From: Felis catus
Taxonomy: Eukaryota
Length of the DNA stretch: 64,000 nucleotides
Reading direction: 5' to 3'
NCBI RefSeq assembly: GCF_018350175.1
Contig: NC_058368.1
Coordinates: 202,370,001-202,434,000, forward strand
Positions 1-14,534 of this stretch are shown piece after piece. Numbering within the stretch: position 1 is the stretch's first letter; the number at the start of each line of letters is the position of its first letter. The notes beneath the pieces are model-generated. The model did not search any database and was not told where the DNA came from. It saw nothing but the letters and a program-made list of their open reading frames with translations. The translations under genes and the position numbers were made by a program.

Positions 1-26
1 TAATACGTAGAAAAAGCTAAGGTTTC

Positions 27-249
27 TTTTTTTAAATTTTTTTTCAACGTTTTATTTTATTTTTGAGACAGAGGGAGACAGAGCATGAACGGGGGAGGGG
101 CAAAGAGAGAGGGAGACACAGAATCGGAAACAGGCTCCAGGCTCTGAGCCATCAGCCCAGAGCCCGACGTGGGGCTTGAACTCATGGACCACGAGATCGT
201 GACCTGGCTGAAGTCAGACGCTTAACCAACTGCGCCACCCAGGCGCCCT
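27..249 (-). mobile_element. Can-SINE, young felid SINEC_Fc-type
   Basis: tRNA-derived head, CT-rich segment and poly(A) tail on the - strand. 17-bp TSD gaaaaagct(a/g)aggtttc at 10-26 and 250-266. Confidence 0.95.
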
Positions 250-699
250 GAAAAAGCTGAGGTTTCAATTGTGAGTCTAGACCTGGTAGAATAAAGCTGG
301 GCTTGTGATGGTAATGGAAGTCAGGGGAAGGGCTGATCCTTACCTGGTGACCTAGGATTAAATAGCCATTGAAACAGCCTTGCTGATAGAAAAAGTCTAC
401 CCAAATTTACCATTCAAAGAAAGATGTGTTAGGAAAAAAAAATACTATCTAATGGCAGAAGATTTCCACACCAGCTACTCATTTTAGTTGACCAGATCAA
501 CTTTAGTTGACCAGGTCATTTAGTTTACCAGGTCAAGTGTACAAACATGACCGGACAACCAAGACACTTGAAGGAAATCAACAGCAAAGGAGAGAAAAGC
601 TAGATGAGCAAATGGAGCAACTAATGTTAAAGAGAACAGAAATCACTTTCAAAATTAGGGTAAACCATAAAGCTAGTTTCCATATTCAAATTGGTTTGA

Positions 700-1500
700 A
701 TAAAGAGTACAACTATTAAACAAGAATGGGCTGTGTTAAAAGAGAATTATGAGAGCCCAGGAAAAAGTTATTTCCAAAACACAGGAATTAAAATAATTAA
801 TAGCCATATTAAAAGTCATGGAGGAGGAAGTTTAAAATTCAGAGCAAAGCAACATAGAGACAGAAAGCAGAGGAAATGTAAGAAACATAGATGGTCTACT
901 GGGAAGCCTAGCATTTATCTAATGATAGATTGAAAGGAAAGCAAGAGCAGAGAAATGGTAAGGAGAAAAACAGTAAAGAAAGCATTTTAGTGAAATAAGA
1001 GAAAGATGTAAGCTGTAAGAATCATTTTTTAGCATATTTTATTTTCCAAAAGAAAAAGAGATGAAAAAGAAAAACAAAAAGCAAGTTGCATAAATGAAAA
1101 ATAAAAAGCAAGGTACAACATGTGTTACCATTACAAAAAAATTACACAATATTACAGTGTTGCAAAATCATCACCAGTGATATTACACTTTTGTAAAACC
1201 ATAGCATATATTCTCTAAGGGATGCACAGGGATTAAATAAAATCATAAAAATTTGCAAGGAATGATAAACACAAAAAGTATAGTGGTGGTTAACCCTGGG
1301 GAGAGAGGGAGAGTGGTTTGGGGAGGCATACATGCTGGGGCCTCAGATGCATCTGCAATTTTTAACACTACAAACAAAAGATAAGTAACTATGTCACTAT
1401 TTTAAGATTTGATAAAACTGAGTGGTGAATGCAAGGATATTTTATATATTTTTCATTGTGTTTATGAAATTTGATGGAATTCATAATTATAAAAATAAAG
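700..1500 (+). mobile_element. Highly decayed L1ME-like fragments
   Basis: A-rich ORF1-like segment, then a 3' UTR-like gataaacacaaaaagtatagtggtggttaaccctgggg. Confidence 0.45.
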
Positions 1501-4500
1501 TGCTAACTATGCCAGGAACTTCCTGAGAAAATGCCTTTCAAAAATGTACCTTTATAAGTAATGTTTCACCCTCTTTCTCTCTTTATTGCCTACTGATGTG
1601 GCACATTTGAACCTAGAGAAATTTTCTTGGGAAAAAATTGAAAACAAAGTGAAATTGAGGAGATAGCTGCAGTCACATTTATGAGCAGTTGCAAACACTG
1701 AGAAGCCTAGCAAATTTACTAGCCTCAATGGGATTTTACCTACTTCCTTAGAGTGAGAAACCTTTTAAGGGCAAAGTCAATCTGTGTATGTATTGATGAA
1801 ACTTACTGGCTCAAGAGTAAACTGTTTAATGAATTGGGAAAAAGAGACTATGATGATATATTGTAAAGAATTATGCACTTTCTATCTAATTCACCCAGAT
1901 TATTAAGGGTATCCCAAATTGCATTTAGTTTGAGCATGTAATAATGGGGAATTTCCATCATTTTGCCTATTGAAAGCATTGCAGAGTGTTCTAATTTTTT
2001 TCCGTGTACATTTGGGACATTTTTCAAATTAAATATCCGTTACACGTCCCTATTTGTTTTCAAGTCAGTAGTGGAAAATGAAGGCGGGGGAGATGACAAT
2101 ACATGTAAATGCTCTGAACTGAGCATTTACCATTCTCAGGAAGTCACATGTAGAGCCATGCTGTTAAATCTGGAGGCCTCTATATGCTAAGTGAAATTCT
2201 CCAGTGATTCCACAAATATATATAGAGAGAAATAGATGACAAATGGATAGACAGACATGTTGACACATATCTACATTTAGAGATACAGGCACGCAGATGG
2301 ATAAAAATGTAGCCATGAATATAGAGATGACTGGGGATGGAGTTAGCTAATGGAACAAACACTCGAATAGCACTCTCAGTGTCTAGAAAGGCATGTAGTT
2401 ATAATATAGCACAGAAAGAAAACAGCATCATGAGTAGTTACTCAAAAACGTGTAGAACCTGGAAGGCAAAGTGAGATATGTCTACACTTTTCTCTTCAAG
2501 TCACTTTTCGGTTCACACAGAGCTACCTTGGATGAGCCTCTGAATCCTTTCTCGTCTGTCTTCCATCTTCTCAACCGTTCTCACCTGCTTGGTCTCTTCC
2601 GTGCCCATATCTTTCTACTGATCTCTGTCCTGGGCATGGTCTCAAAATCTCAATAATTGCACACAGTTTTTATGCTTCCAGGAAAGGTTGTAGTAGCCTC
2701 TTACCATCTCACTGGAGGGGACTATTAACATTCATGTGATGTAGAATTAGGCTTCTAGAACTTTGGTGGTATGTCCAGAGTGGAGTACATACCCGTAGGA
2801 ATGCATGGAATGATCTATTGGAATTTTAACAATTCCATTTATATTCAGTTTTTATAGATTGTTATGTTTATAATGCTCTATATTATAATATATATGCATA
2901 TAGTAGTATATAAAATATAAATAAGTATAAATGCATAAATGTACATATATTACAGACTCAATTTATTTAACTGAGAGAGGTATACTATCAAAGCCTCCTC
3001 TGGAAAATAAAAAACTATTGTTGCCATGGTTCAACTCGATACGTTAATTTTGTTTCATTTTAAACAATAACAATAGCAATAGAAAACACCATTTTAACAA
3101 ATTTGCTTTCCCCAGTAGGAATAAAGAGAAGGAAAGAAGGGGCAGAAGAAATAATACCTATTTCTCTTGTTAAGGGAGATAGCAAATAAAACAAATTTAA
3201 ATATAGTAAAGAGTTATGATTTTTTAAAGAATGTCAACTCTCATAGGAGGAAGTAAGGCATGCGAAAAAAAACACTGGGCGACCAGATGGCCTTTAATAT
3301 GTCCCGATTGGTCTCCCTGCTGCTCTCTTGCCTCTTGCAGTCTCTGCCACGCATCAGGCACTGGGATCCTTCATCCTGATAAATCAGCGTATGTCATTCT
3401 CCTGGTCCTCAATTTCCATTTCTGCCCAGCTCCCTCAGTATAAAATCTAAACTCTCTGTGCACAGAGCTCTCCATGATTTGGCCCGGGTTACCTCTGTGG
3501 TTCCATTTCTCACTGCTCTTTCACCTTTGCTCGCTGTCTCAATACAACAAACACATTCCCCTCTACCCCAGGAGTTTGCGTTTTTCGTTCTCTCTGTGTT
3601 CAGTAATCTTCTCCCATGTACTCCTAGGGTTCCTTTTCTCTCCTTGATTCCCATCTCCTTTCTAATGGCACCACTCTTTCAAATGACCACTGGAACTGAC
3701 CTAGGATCCCTATGTCACTTTACATTCCTTATTTTGCTTTAACAGTCCTCTTAGTAGTTATTACTTGGCACAATGTACAGATGTTTAATAAAAAAGATGA
3801 AATAGGGAAAATTCCTCTGGACTTAAATTTCTCATCTAAAAGTAGGAAAGAGTCAAACAAGTCAATTTCTAGGAACCTGTAAATACCCATGTAAGTTCAT
3901 AATGAAAGTGCATTTGTCAGATTTAGTTTGGTTTAGTGGCATTACTGTTAACTTACTCAATAATCACATTTCTTGGAAGTTTCTTGGTAGATTGGTGTTT
4001 TTCCCCAACATTGAACAATACTGATGTTCTCTGAGATGAACAATACTTTGAAACAGGTTTCTTCTCTGATAGAGAGGAAGGGGGTTAGTGAGATGATGTG
4101 GAAAGCTATAGGCCTCTCCCTGTATTTGCAGAGCCCACGAAAGGAGGCCCGCAAACATGTCTCTAAATATGTAAGAGTTATAAATCAAACTGTTTCCATG
4201 GTCCAGACTGTATCTCTGAGCTCTTCCACCCTCACCAAAAACTTTTCTTTAGAATCCAAAGTCCGAAGGGGCAGTGGTTTTCCCCAGCCAGCCCTGCCAT
4301 CTAGAAGCTGAAATGATAGTAGGGACCTGATGTGACAAGGCAGCGTCTTGGTGGTGACAAGACCTGCCTGAACCTGTGATGGAGACAGACTGAGTCAAAC
4401 TCACCGAAGAGCCAGAAAGAGCAGCTTTCTTCTCCCATCATATCACTTTTCTGACGCAGAATTTCTAGGCAGTTGTAAGAGCCATGCCACCCACCTTCAA

Positions 4501-4587
4501 AGATTTGGGATAGTTACTAAAAATAGTCAGTCTTTCTCTGGTTTTCCCAGTCAAAGGCTACAATTTTCCTATCTCATCACCCTCCAA

Positions 4588-4635
4588 ATACACGCGCGCG
4601 CGTGCACACACACACACACACACACACGCACACAC
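4588..4635. repeat. (CG)n(CA)n alternating purine-pyrimidine microsatellite
   Basis: atacacgcgcgcgcgtgcacacaca... Confidence 0.95.
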
Positions 4636-7600
4636 CCCTTCTTCCCTGAGTGGTTCAATTCAAGTATTCATCTTGTGGTTTTCATTATAGTCCAAATTAT
4701 TCTTTATTCTTTCCAAACTTTTCTTAGGTTCCCCAAACAAAACAGAACATCTTTGTATGTCAGTATTTATAATATATGGGATACTCTCAGGTTGGGGTCC
4801 AGAGCAAACGTTCCTCTTGCCCAAGTCTGAGCGCAGGACCAGTGAGCTCTGTCATGTCAATTATCTGAAGAATCACTCAGTTCTCAGAGGTTCACTGACT
4901 CATTTTGGCGTTTGGTCACAGCACTTAACACATCAGTAATGTTATTTCTTTTCTGATAATGTTTTAACAGTAAAAACTACCTCCATCACTATCATGAGAA
5001 TACACATAAATGTTAGTTCTAATACTTAGATCTCAAGTACTTAGAGATCACTTTATGAGAAATCCAAAATAACTCAGACATTTGATATCATAGATAATAT
5101 GCTTTAGGATATCTTATAGAAAATGCTGATGATTTATGTCTAAAAGTTTTGTTATTCAACAAACAGCAAAACTTTTTGAATAATGTATAATTTGCATTCT
5201 ATTATTTAGCAAAAAGACTCTTTCCTTAGGCAATCTGAGTTTAATCACAGTAGTTGATAAAATATAATATTAAAACAGAACAGTGGTTGTTAATTGAATT
5301 ATCATTTAGGATAATTAGACTTTATTTAAAGAGCAGACTGGACCATTGTAGGTACCTATGTTGAGAAAATGTGAAGGGCGCTGGGTAAGATAATCACCTT
5401 GAAAAATAATAATAGGTGTAATAATGATAATGATATTGAAAAAGCTCTAAGCATATTTCTTACAACTTATAAGTGTTAGATATATTAAATTTTCATTTAA
5501 AGATGACATGACAGCACATATGCTAATTTTGGCTTTATTGAAAGATTGAATGTAAACAATAAAAATTTCAACGTATTTACTGAGTTCTTATTTAATGTAA
5601 GGCATAGTACACTATGATGCTATTGGGAGGTATAATGATGGGGAAGACAGTTTTTGACCCTAAGAACAGTATACAGAGACAAATATATAAACTAGTACAG
5701 CATAACCCAAAATACGATTGACGTGCATACAAAATCTTCAAAAACCTTTTTATATGCATTGTCATAAACACCCTGAAAGATAGATAGCCATTTTGGATAT
5801 TATTAATCATATTACAAATAAGGTTATGATTTGACTGCTGTCATGAGTTAGGAAAATAGGGGACTGGCTTTGGAACCATAAATCTTTGGACTCCAAATTG
5901 AGTGCTTTTCAATCACATGATACTTTCTTTTTCTGGTGAGACATAATGAATTTTACAGGGCATATATTTTGTTTCTGGTTAAATCTCTGTCTTCAGCTGA
6001 TGACAGATGATGTCGGAGAAATCAAATTTATTTTAAGATAAATCTAAGCAAAGCATTATTAAATAAAATTGTCATATATCAATTACGGATCCCATAAACA
6101 GGATAGAGACTAGATTACCCAAACTGCTTTCTTACGTAAGAGTTGACTAGTCTTAGGGCATTTCTCAAGGCATGCGTTGAGGGTTGGTGAGGGTTTTATT
6201 TGTGTCCTAGTTCTGTTACATAAAGTGATTAAAACGGGGTTTGTACTTTGCAAGTGCTTGATATATATATATTAGCTGTTATTATCTTTTGGCTCTTTTT
6301 GAGTTCATTGGAGAGCCAAGTAAACTTTTGACTCAAACAGAAATCCTAGGCAGCAGTCACCAAGCTCCCTGCCCAGCGGGGGAGAATGACAGATATCTCA
6401 CAAAGCGCCTGTCACCCAGAGCCAGGGACATTTGCCAGGGAGATTGCTGGTGAGAGACTCGTTGGCTTCGTAGGTTCTAATTCATCGTAAGTTCTTGACT
6501 GTCAAAAGGGAGACAGACAAAAGAAGGGGGAGGAGCACTTGACATACTGTGCTAATAACTGTCTGACTCTGCCTAGCACCACCCCCTAAACCTTACGTGA
6601 GGGAAGCTTCAAAATTGGCACTAGGCTCACACAAAGTGTACCTGGCATGACAGGAATCATCCAGCTCTGGCCAATGACGAGGAAAATCAAGCTCAAGGAA
6701 CCTCATTATTATCATTTTATAAATAATTTTTTTGGTGGATGTGATTATATTTTCCCCCTTTTCTATTGTATTTCTGCAGGGAACACTCTGCTTTGCTGAC
6801 AATAAAACAAACAAACAAACACTTTCTTATATTTGATTTAGTCAGTCTCCACCCTAGATTGTCACCTTCCAAGACGAGATCAATGTGTTTTTTTCCTTTG
6901 AAAAATTTTCTAGTCCTATAATAATGCTGGGCACATGACAGTTAACAAATGAATAATTAGTAATATTAAGTAGGTCATATACGGGGAGTCCAAGTGACAA
7001 TCTCACGAATTATCTAGACACTTTTTAAAAATAATTGAGTGAGCATGGTTCTGTTACATAATCCAAATGTAAATACTATAACAAACACTGAGAAACAATC
7101 CACTGAAAATTGAAAAGAAACCTTGACATTATAAGCATAGTTTTTTAATTTGTAGATTCTATAAAGATCTGAAGTTTATTAAATAAAACAATTAAGTTTT
7201 TGTTTTGGTAAATAGTCCTCAAAACATACAATCGAAACATTTTCTCATGGTCATGGTACTCTTTGTAAGATACAATTTTGTTTTCTTATTTTGAAACCAC
7301 TGAGCTCTTCATGTGACATAAAGGAGCTGTACTTTGGGTCTTTATATTCTATGCATTATAGTGTATGTGCTGTAAATCGTTCCTATGTCATACTTGTAGG
7401 ACTGAAGCTTGTAAGTTGAAGTTTGATTTCATAATCATGTGCATATGCAGTTTATACTACATCTATATAGAGTTTAAATGTTTACCCTTACTTCACACTG
7501 GAGTAGTGTTAGGTCAGTATTTTCTTCTCCCAGACAGTTTGGTATATTGTGTGTTAACCAATTATTTTTGTTGTTTTAAATGTTCATCAGCGTTAAATAA

Positions 7601-8622
7601 AACTTTTATTTCAGTTGAATGAATGACTTAGTCATGTCAAAACAGTCCAATTTTCACATTAGAAATCATTTATTTCAACCTTAGTTTCAGAATAATTTTT
7701 TTCCTTGTAAATCATATATTTCTTTAGGTGTGTTATAATTCTTCCAGTTTTATAAAGGTGGAACATCAGGTAAACAATACAACTTCTCCACTCTGTTTTC
7801 ATTTTATGCATTCTATCTTTACCACCTTTTACTTGTAGGACACAACAAAAGGTTTGATACATGGAAAATATTTACTAAATATTGACTGAATAAATCAATA
7901 ATTGATTCCTAACAGAGAGCTTTTATCTGCCCACAACTTTTTCTTTTGAAGATGAAATGCAGCGATATTTAAGTTGGAAATTTGATGTCATGGTCACTTT
8001 GTCCTTTATTTTTGAGGGTTCTTTGTTCTCTCCTCTTGCACGAGACTGGAACTACTGTAGCTCTTCCAACTGAAAGTCCGTATCCAAATTAAGTAGGCTA
8101 CTGGTCTTCATCCAGATTCTGAGCTGGTGCAGCACTCTTATTTGAGCTATGCATTAGTTGTCAGATCAAGGAATCCTGGAAAGGAATCAAAATCTTTAGG
8201 AGATTAACAAGGAGCAGTAATGTATGTTAGGAATTATATACAGGTGGTTCGAATCCCCAGTGTTTATTTTTGATGTCCCCATGGTTACAAGGTAAAATGA
8301 GAAACAAAATAATCACAACACAACATAATTCATTAGTGAATTTACCACTTATAAAGTTAGTCTGAATTCTAATTTCCATTCTCTCTAGTATTTATATGGT
8401 TGGTGTTTTGTGGAATGTTGGATGCTTGCAACAGTATAATGTAGTACAGAGCAAAATAATGACAAAGTAAAATTATCAATGTCAAGATTTCATGAAACCA
8501 ATAATGTGATGCTGGACAACTGTTAAAATCCAAACTATCACCCAGTAAAGAAATAATGGAGTTATAATAAAAACACATACAAAACAATCACTAATTCTTA
8601 GAGTAAACAAACACAATGAATA

Positions 8623-8668
8623 GTGCGTGTGTGTGTCTGTGTCTGTGTGTGTGTGTGTGTGTGTGTGT
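8623..8668. repeat. (GT)n microsatellite, interrupted
   Basis: Read directly from the sequence. Confidence 0.95.
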
Positions 8669-10360
8669 TGGACCAGGCAAATTTTGAGACAAAGTTGTAT
8701 GAGAGGACATTTTGATCATCAAAAATTAAATATATGATAAAAATGCTGGTGAGTCTTTATTGTCCCCCAAATATGATTTTTAAATGATGATTTCTGAGGC
8801 GTAATATAGCCATTAAAGTCACATGTGATATAAAGGCTGTAAATTTGTGATATCATAAAATGTTAAAAAGGATCCCTTGATAAAGACAAATAAATATTTG
8901 ATTCACTCACCATTCAAATATTAAACTCATTATTGTAATTATTCATCTTGTTAAATACAAAATTAACAATTTGAAATTTTTAATTTTAAAATACGAAGTT
9001 CAAATCAAACTATTCTAAAAATTATTTAGTTGAGCACCCAACTTAAATGGTCATTCTCCAGAATTATTTATCCTTGAATAGCAAATATCCTATTTTTAAA
9101 CACAATGCTGATGGTATTCAAAGTTATGGGCAACTCCAAGGTAGGCATTTTTAACTTGCATCTCTAACTGCTGGAGAGCCATTATTAGCTGAATACACAC
9201 CTTTTGAGACTAGTACAACCATGAAGAGTGGGAATGTAAGGTGGAGAGTGATAGTCAAATCACCAAAGGACTTTGGATTTCACTAAGTAATTGAGTAACC
9301 ATTTGTCCAGCATAATGATGTGGGAATTAAGTCCATTTGAACTTATATAAGTGCTCCTCAAAGTGTTGTCCACCCACACTTATCACCAGAAATGATGAAG
9401 TAGATTCTCTGAGTCTGATACCTTGAAGCCTGCATTATTTTACAAAGTCTACGAGATTCTTATGCATATAAATTTTAAGAACTCATGATAATTATAAATA
9501 TTGACCATCTTTAATATACTTTGTTTTACCTAAAGTTCTCATGCTTTGGAGATGAGCAAAATGTTCTAATATTTTTTCCCCCAAGAATCTTTCATCTTAT
9601 TTTAAATATCCCAATCATGAGCAGGTTCTTGGGACCTGAGGTAAATTTTTGTTCACTAAAATAAGAAACGATTTCACTATATCCCATGTTCTCATATTCA
9701 TTGCAAGTCTCATTGTTAAGGCATCATTTGATGTTTTATACCATTTTACACAAGACAAAATTCTCTATTTTCTTACCAGGAGTAACAGTACATTCTGTAT
9801 GATTGTTTGCAATCTGTTATTTTTGTTTTTATTTTGGATATGAAAGCTATTCTTGTTTTTGTTGTATCTTTATAACATGAAGTTAATAAATCCCCTATTA
9901 AAGAGTACCCACTTAAATAGTCTATCGCACATAAGTTATATTTAAAGTTATTTATAGGATGATACCTTTCACTTTCTACTGATTTTTAAAACTTTCATCA
10001 CCTTCTAGTTATTTTCCTATGGCTTATAATCATCCTATATCTTTCCCACTTTAAAATTAAAACAAAGAAACAACACACCTTCTTCTTCAATGAAATTATC
10101 AAAATTTTAAAGATCCTTACTTGATAATTTAGGTTCAAAAACTTAAATTTAGTAGGCTCCTTATTATGTTGTTATATTAATATTGGTTTTGACAATTTAG
10201 ATAAATGATTGAAGAGCAATCATTTAAAATGATGATTTAATTTAAATTAAATATTAAAAATTAATTCAATAATTCATTTCAAACTTAAAATATCAGTGTT
10301 TCAATAATAGGAGTGGTACAAAGGGTAATACCTTATACCCTTAACTCAGACTTATCTCTT

Positions 10361-10583
10361 CTTTTTTAATGTTTATTATTTATTTTTTTTTTTTTTGAGA
10401 GAGACAGAATGACTGGGGGAGGGACAGAGAGAGAGGGAGAGAGAGAATCCCAAGCAGGCTCTATGCACCAGCACAGAGCCCGATGCGAGCTCCATCCTAT
10501 GACTTGAGATCATGACCTGAGCTGAAGACCTGAGCTGAAATCAAGAGTCGGACGCTCAACCAATTGAGCCATCCAGGTGCTCC
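10361..10583 (-). mobile_element. Can-SINE (older carnivore subfamily)
   Basis: Typical Can-SINE body. TSD cagacttatctc at 10347-10358 and 10584-10595. Internal 13-bp duplication. Confidence 0.93.
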
Positions 10584-10635
10584 CAGACTTATCTCCTTTT
10601 AACATTTTATTTCATTTGTGTCTATTCCTCTCTCT

Positions 10636-10812
10636 ATACACACATGTATATGCATATAGGTATATACTTATTTGTGTGTGTGTATATATATATTTATATG
10701 TGTATTTATATGTGTATATATATATATATATACACACACACATATGCACACACACACTCATATATACATACACCAACACACATATATATATATTCATACA
10801 TATACATACATA
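10636..10812. repeat. Compound (TA)/(CA)/(TG) low-complexity repeat
   Basis: Read directly; source of the spurious YI/HT-rich ORFs. Confidence 0.9.
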
Positions 10813-11424
10813 TTTTAGAAATTAGGAGTTTGCACAGGAACCTGCCATTTCAATTCATCCCTAGAGATTTTTTCTTTGCTTTTCTCCACTTCATATTTGG
10901 TGTGTCTTTTCTTCCTCAAAGAGAACTCTGTCTCCAAAAAACATTAACGCTTTTCTTGCCATCGTATAACATTCCTAAAAGAGTTTTAGTATAGCTTCAT
11001 CCGTAATTATTAATCAGGTAACTCTCACATTACTGTATTTTTCAGTTCTGATCCTGCAGAAGTTATTGCCTTTGTTATTTACATTTGCAAATAAGCCTGC
11101 ATTTTCATCTTGTGAAGTGGATATATACTAGCATACATTTATTATTGTTGGCTTTATATTTATTTTTGTATTAAAAGAAAAAAATACCTTGTTCCCCATT
11201 TGTCAGAATTTTTATCAAGCATTTCTTCCTTAAGTTACTATGAAGAACTTGTAGAAAGAAGCCTTAGATATATTTAAATCATAATGCAAGTTAGAAACAG
11301 AGTAGCACCCGCCCAACTTGACCCTCTTCAGCTTTTTGCCACATTCTCAAACCACTGCTTCCCTACATACTCTGTCAGCACTTGGACTATTTTTTCAGAG
11401 TCAGTTGTGAAGAAATAGAGACTA

Positions 11425-11635
11425 CTGCAGTGTTAAGGGCAAAGGCTTCCCAGTCAGAGAAGTCTAGTTTTGAGACCCACACTCATCACTTACTAGATGA
11501 GTGACTTCTCTAAGCAACCATACATAAAAACCTTATTGAGTAACTTGTTTTGTGAAGTAAATGAATAATTTATGTAACAGTGCTTGGCATAGGGTCTGGC
11601 ACAATAGAGGAATTTGATGGTCATTAGTATTATTG
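11425..11635 (+). mobile_element. MIR
   Basis: cagtgttaagggcaaaggct...tcactttactagatgagtgac...tgtaacagtgcttggcatagggtctggcaca. Confidence 0.65.
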
Positions 11636-13559
11636 TTATGAAAAATATATGATACGTATACAATTTAATTCACAAATAATCTTAGTACTTTATTGTAAAT
11701 TGTAGTTCAGGAGTTCCCATTTTAACTGTATTTCAGAGTGGAGATTCACCTAGCAAATTAATTGCTATATTTTTTAGTCATATAGCCTTCCTTAAACACT
11801 TAAGTGATAGGGTCAATTTTTAATTTCTTACTTCCGCTAGTTTATTACAAAATAACTCCATCATTTGCAGTTGCTTAAAGTCATAAGATTGCCTGATTCC
11901 TAACTAGCAGATAGATTCATTTTTCTTCAAGTACATCCAATAAAGGCCTGATCTTAAAATAAAAAGGTTGTAAAGTCTAAAAAAAGAAAGGCATTTGAAA
12001 GGTATAGCTGAAAGGAAGTCAGTCCATAAAATGCTGACCTTTCATCAAGTACTGATTTTTCTGCTTTCCTGTGGGAGCATTAAGGAGGGAGTGATGTCAT
12101 AGATTTCCACTAATGTCATGACCTATAGCTTCCGCCCAACATTTCTGCCAATTATGGAGACTTCCCTATTGCCTTCATGATGTGCTTACCTGTTTTCTTA
12201 TGCTAGGTTGACAGCTTGTTCACTTCCCTTGGCCTTGACCTTGGCTTTGACATCCACAGGAGGTACACAGGCTGTCAATACTAATATCAGAATAGTGTAA
12301 AGACCGTCTGGCAGCTAGAATCTGGGACAACTTTGGCAGCTCCTGCAGATTTGTATTTCCCATGTGATTATTCAGCTGGCTCCCCCCATCCTAAAATGTT
12401 AGAATGCATCCCGATGCTAGAGGGCTAATACATGTAATTAGAGAGGCGTGGTTTTTGCTATTCCCATCCCATCTGCAACAGCTTGAGTACCACTGCATTA
12501 CTCATTAGGAGTCATAAGCCCTGACCTACTGGATATCCAAAGGGGTGGACACCTTGGAAGGGAGCCAACATTGTTTCTGACCTTGGGTGGTCAAATCAGC
12601 CCAAAAAAGATTTATATTCTGCATCTCACATTAAAAAAAAGACATTTTAAAAGATTCCACTTTTATGTGTTTCCATGAGACCCACTATTTTTAGCTGTGT
12701 TTATTTTTTATTTATTTATTTTTTACATTTTTAAATTTAAGGAGCGGTGTAAGTATAGCAATACAGCATAGCAAATTAACAGTTTCCAAAAAGAATTCAA
12801 AAAGTCAAAAATATGAAAATGTATAAGAAAAATACCCTTTAGTTATCATTTCCATACTAATAATAGAATACATTAATGTTCATTGTTAATAATTAGGAGT
12901 AAAACAAGAAAAACGATTCAGAAGAACTGAATTTGCAACTCTTTTGTTTCCTTCTGGAAATAGCTCCTATCTAATTGGCTTTATAATTTAGGCAACTTGT
13001 GATTATAAACAAATCAGGTGGCATATATGAAAACAGGTGTAGAGAGATCTTTGTCTTTGAAATTCCTACTATCTATTTAACAAAGGCAAGAAAACTGACT
13101 TGAGTTACAAAAACCAAATGATGAATGAAAGCTTCCCAATAATGCCTCTACTCATGTTCCTGATATTGAGGGGAGTCTTTCAGAATATTTTCCCAAAGGT
13201 TACATTATACTTGAATGCAGTCCTTGAATGCTGACCTCTGTCCTTCACAGTCATGACCACGATGATGTCTGAAAGTGGAGAAAAGTTATATGGAGGGAAA
13301 GAAGAAGACAGAAAGAAGAAGGGGATGGAGGGAGGGAGGGAGAGAGAGAGAAACAAGGAAAAAAAGACTAGATAAGACAAAATAAAGGCATAACAGTGGA
13401 ATAGGGGAAGAATACAATGAAGTAGTTTTACTTATTTATTTTGTACTCATCACGGATATTTTTTCTAAAGAAATGTAAAGCCAAGTCACAAATAATTAGC
13501 AGTAAAATTAACTGCCCTCTGCCTTATTACATTCCACTCCCCAACATCACTTCTTCTCT

Positions 13560-14400
13560 TGAAATTTCTTATCTTAATAATTCACAACCTCATTCTTCCA
13601 GGATGTACAGTTGGGAGACCTTAGGATCGTTCTTGACTCCTTTCTGTCTCTTCCATCCCACATCTGCAAATCCTGCTGGCTCTACACTCAGAACAATATC
13701 TAGAATCTTATGGTTACTTTTTATCAGTAATCACTCTAGTAAAAGAAAATACTATTGTTTTAGAACTGGATTCTTGCTTTAGCTTCCTAACTGGTTTCGT
13801 GCTTCCATCCTTGCCATTCAGTAGTCAAAATGTCAACAAAGGGGCAGGAGACATCTTTTTAAAAACATCATGCCGCTCTTTTGCTTAAAAAAATAAATCT
13901 AATGGCTTCTCATCTCAGAGTAGAAATCAAAGACTTTCTGACTTCTGAGGGGCTATCGTTCAACTTGTCTACCTCCACCCTCTGCAATTACATCACAACT
14001 ATCTTTCTGAACTCAAATGCTATTATTCTTCCTTTCACTCTACTCCATTTAGCAATTCCTGATCATAGCAGATATGTTCTTGCTTCAGGAATTTTGCACC
14101 TTACTATTATGATCTGTGACCCCTCCCTGAAAATATTCATCAGTTTTCCTCAATTAATTTTATATTCATGAAGTCTCTCCTGGTCAATCTATTCATCAAC
14201 AGCTAACATATACATTTTACTTATTTACTTGTTCTTTATTTCTACCTCCCTCCACTAGAAAAATACAAACTACATGAGAGCAGAATTTTGCTGGTTTAAT
14301 TCATTTCTCAATTCCCAAGATCTAGAAGTGGTTGGATTCAAGATATAGGTAGCATATACCAAGGTTAGTAATTATTCATTGAATGAATTAGTGAATGATT
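13560..14400 (+). mobile_element. L2 3' fragment
   Basis: cttgactcctttct...cccacatc and ctcccctccactagaa...aactacatgagagcag, ending ttgaatgaattagtgaatga. Confidence 0.7.
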
Positions 14401-14534
14401 AAACTGTAGAAGTGAGTTATTTATATTAGAATAGGAAAAGCTGGACATAGGAAAAATTGTAAAGGAAGCTTAGTTCAATTTTGCTCTCCCTCAATCCCTT
14501 TTGTACTTTCTTACTCCTTTCCTGGGAGGCTGAT

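Noticed and set aside
5990..6030. Second CTGATGA...GAAA hammerhead-like motif
   Set aside because: The small gaca/tgtc stem is out of register with the core and no stems I/III are present.
10577..10994. ORFs rich in Y/I/H/T
   Set aside because: Translations of a dinucleotide microsatellite.
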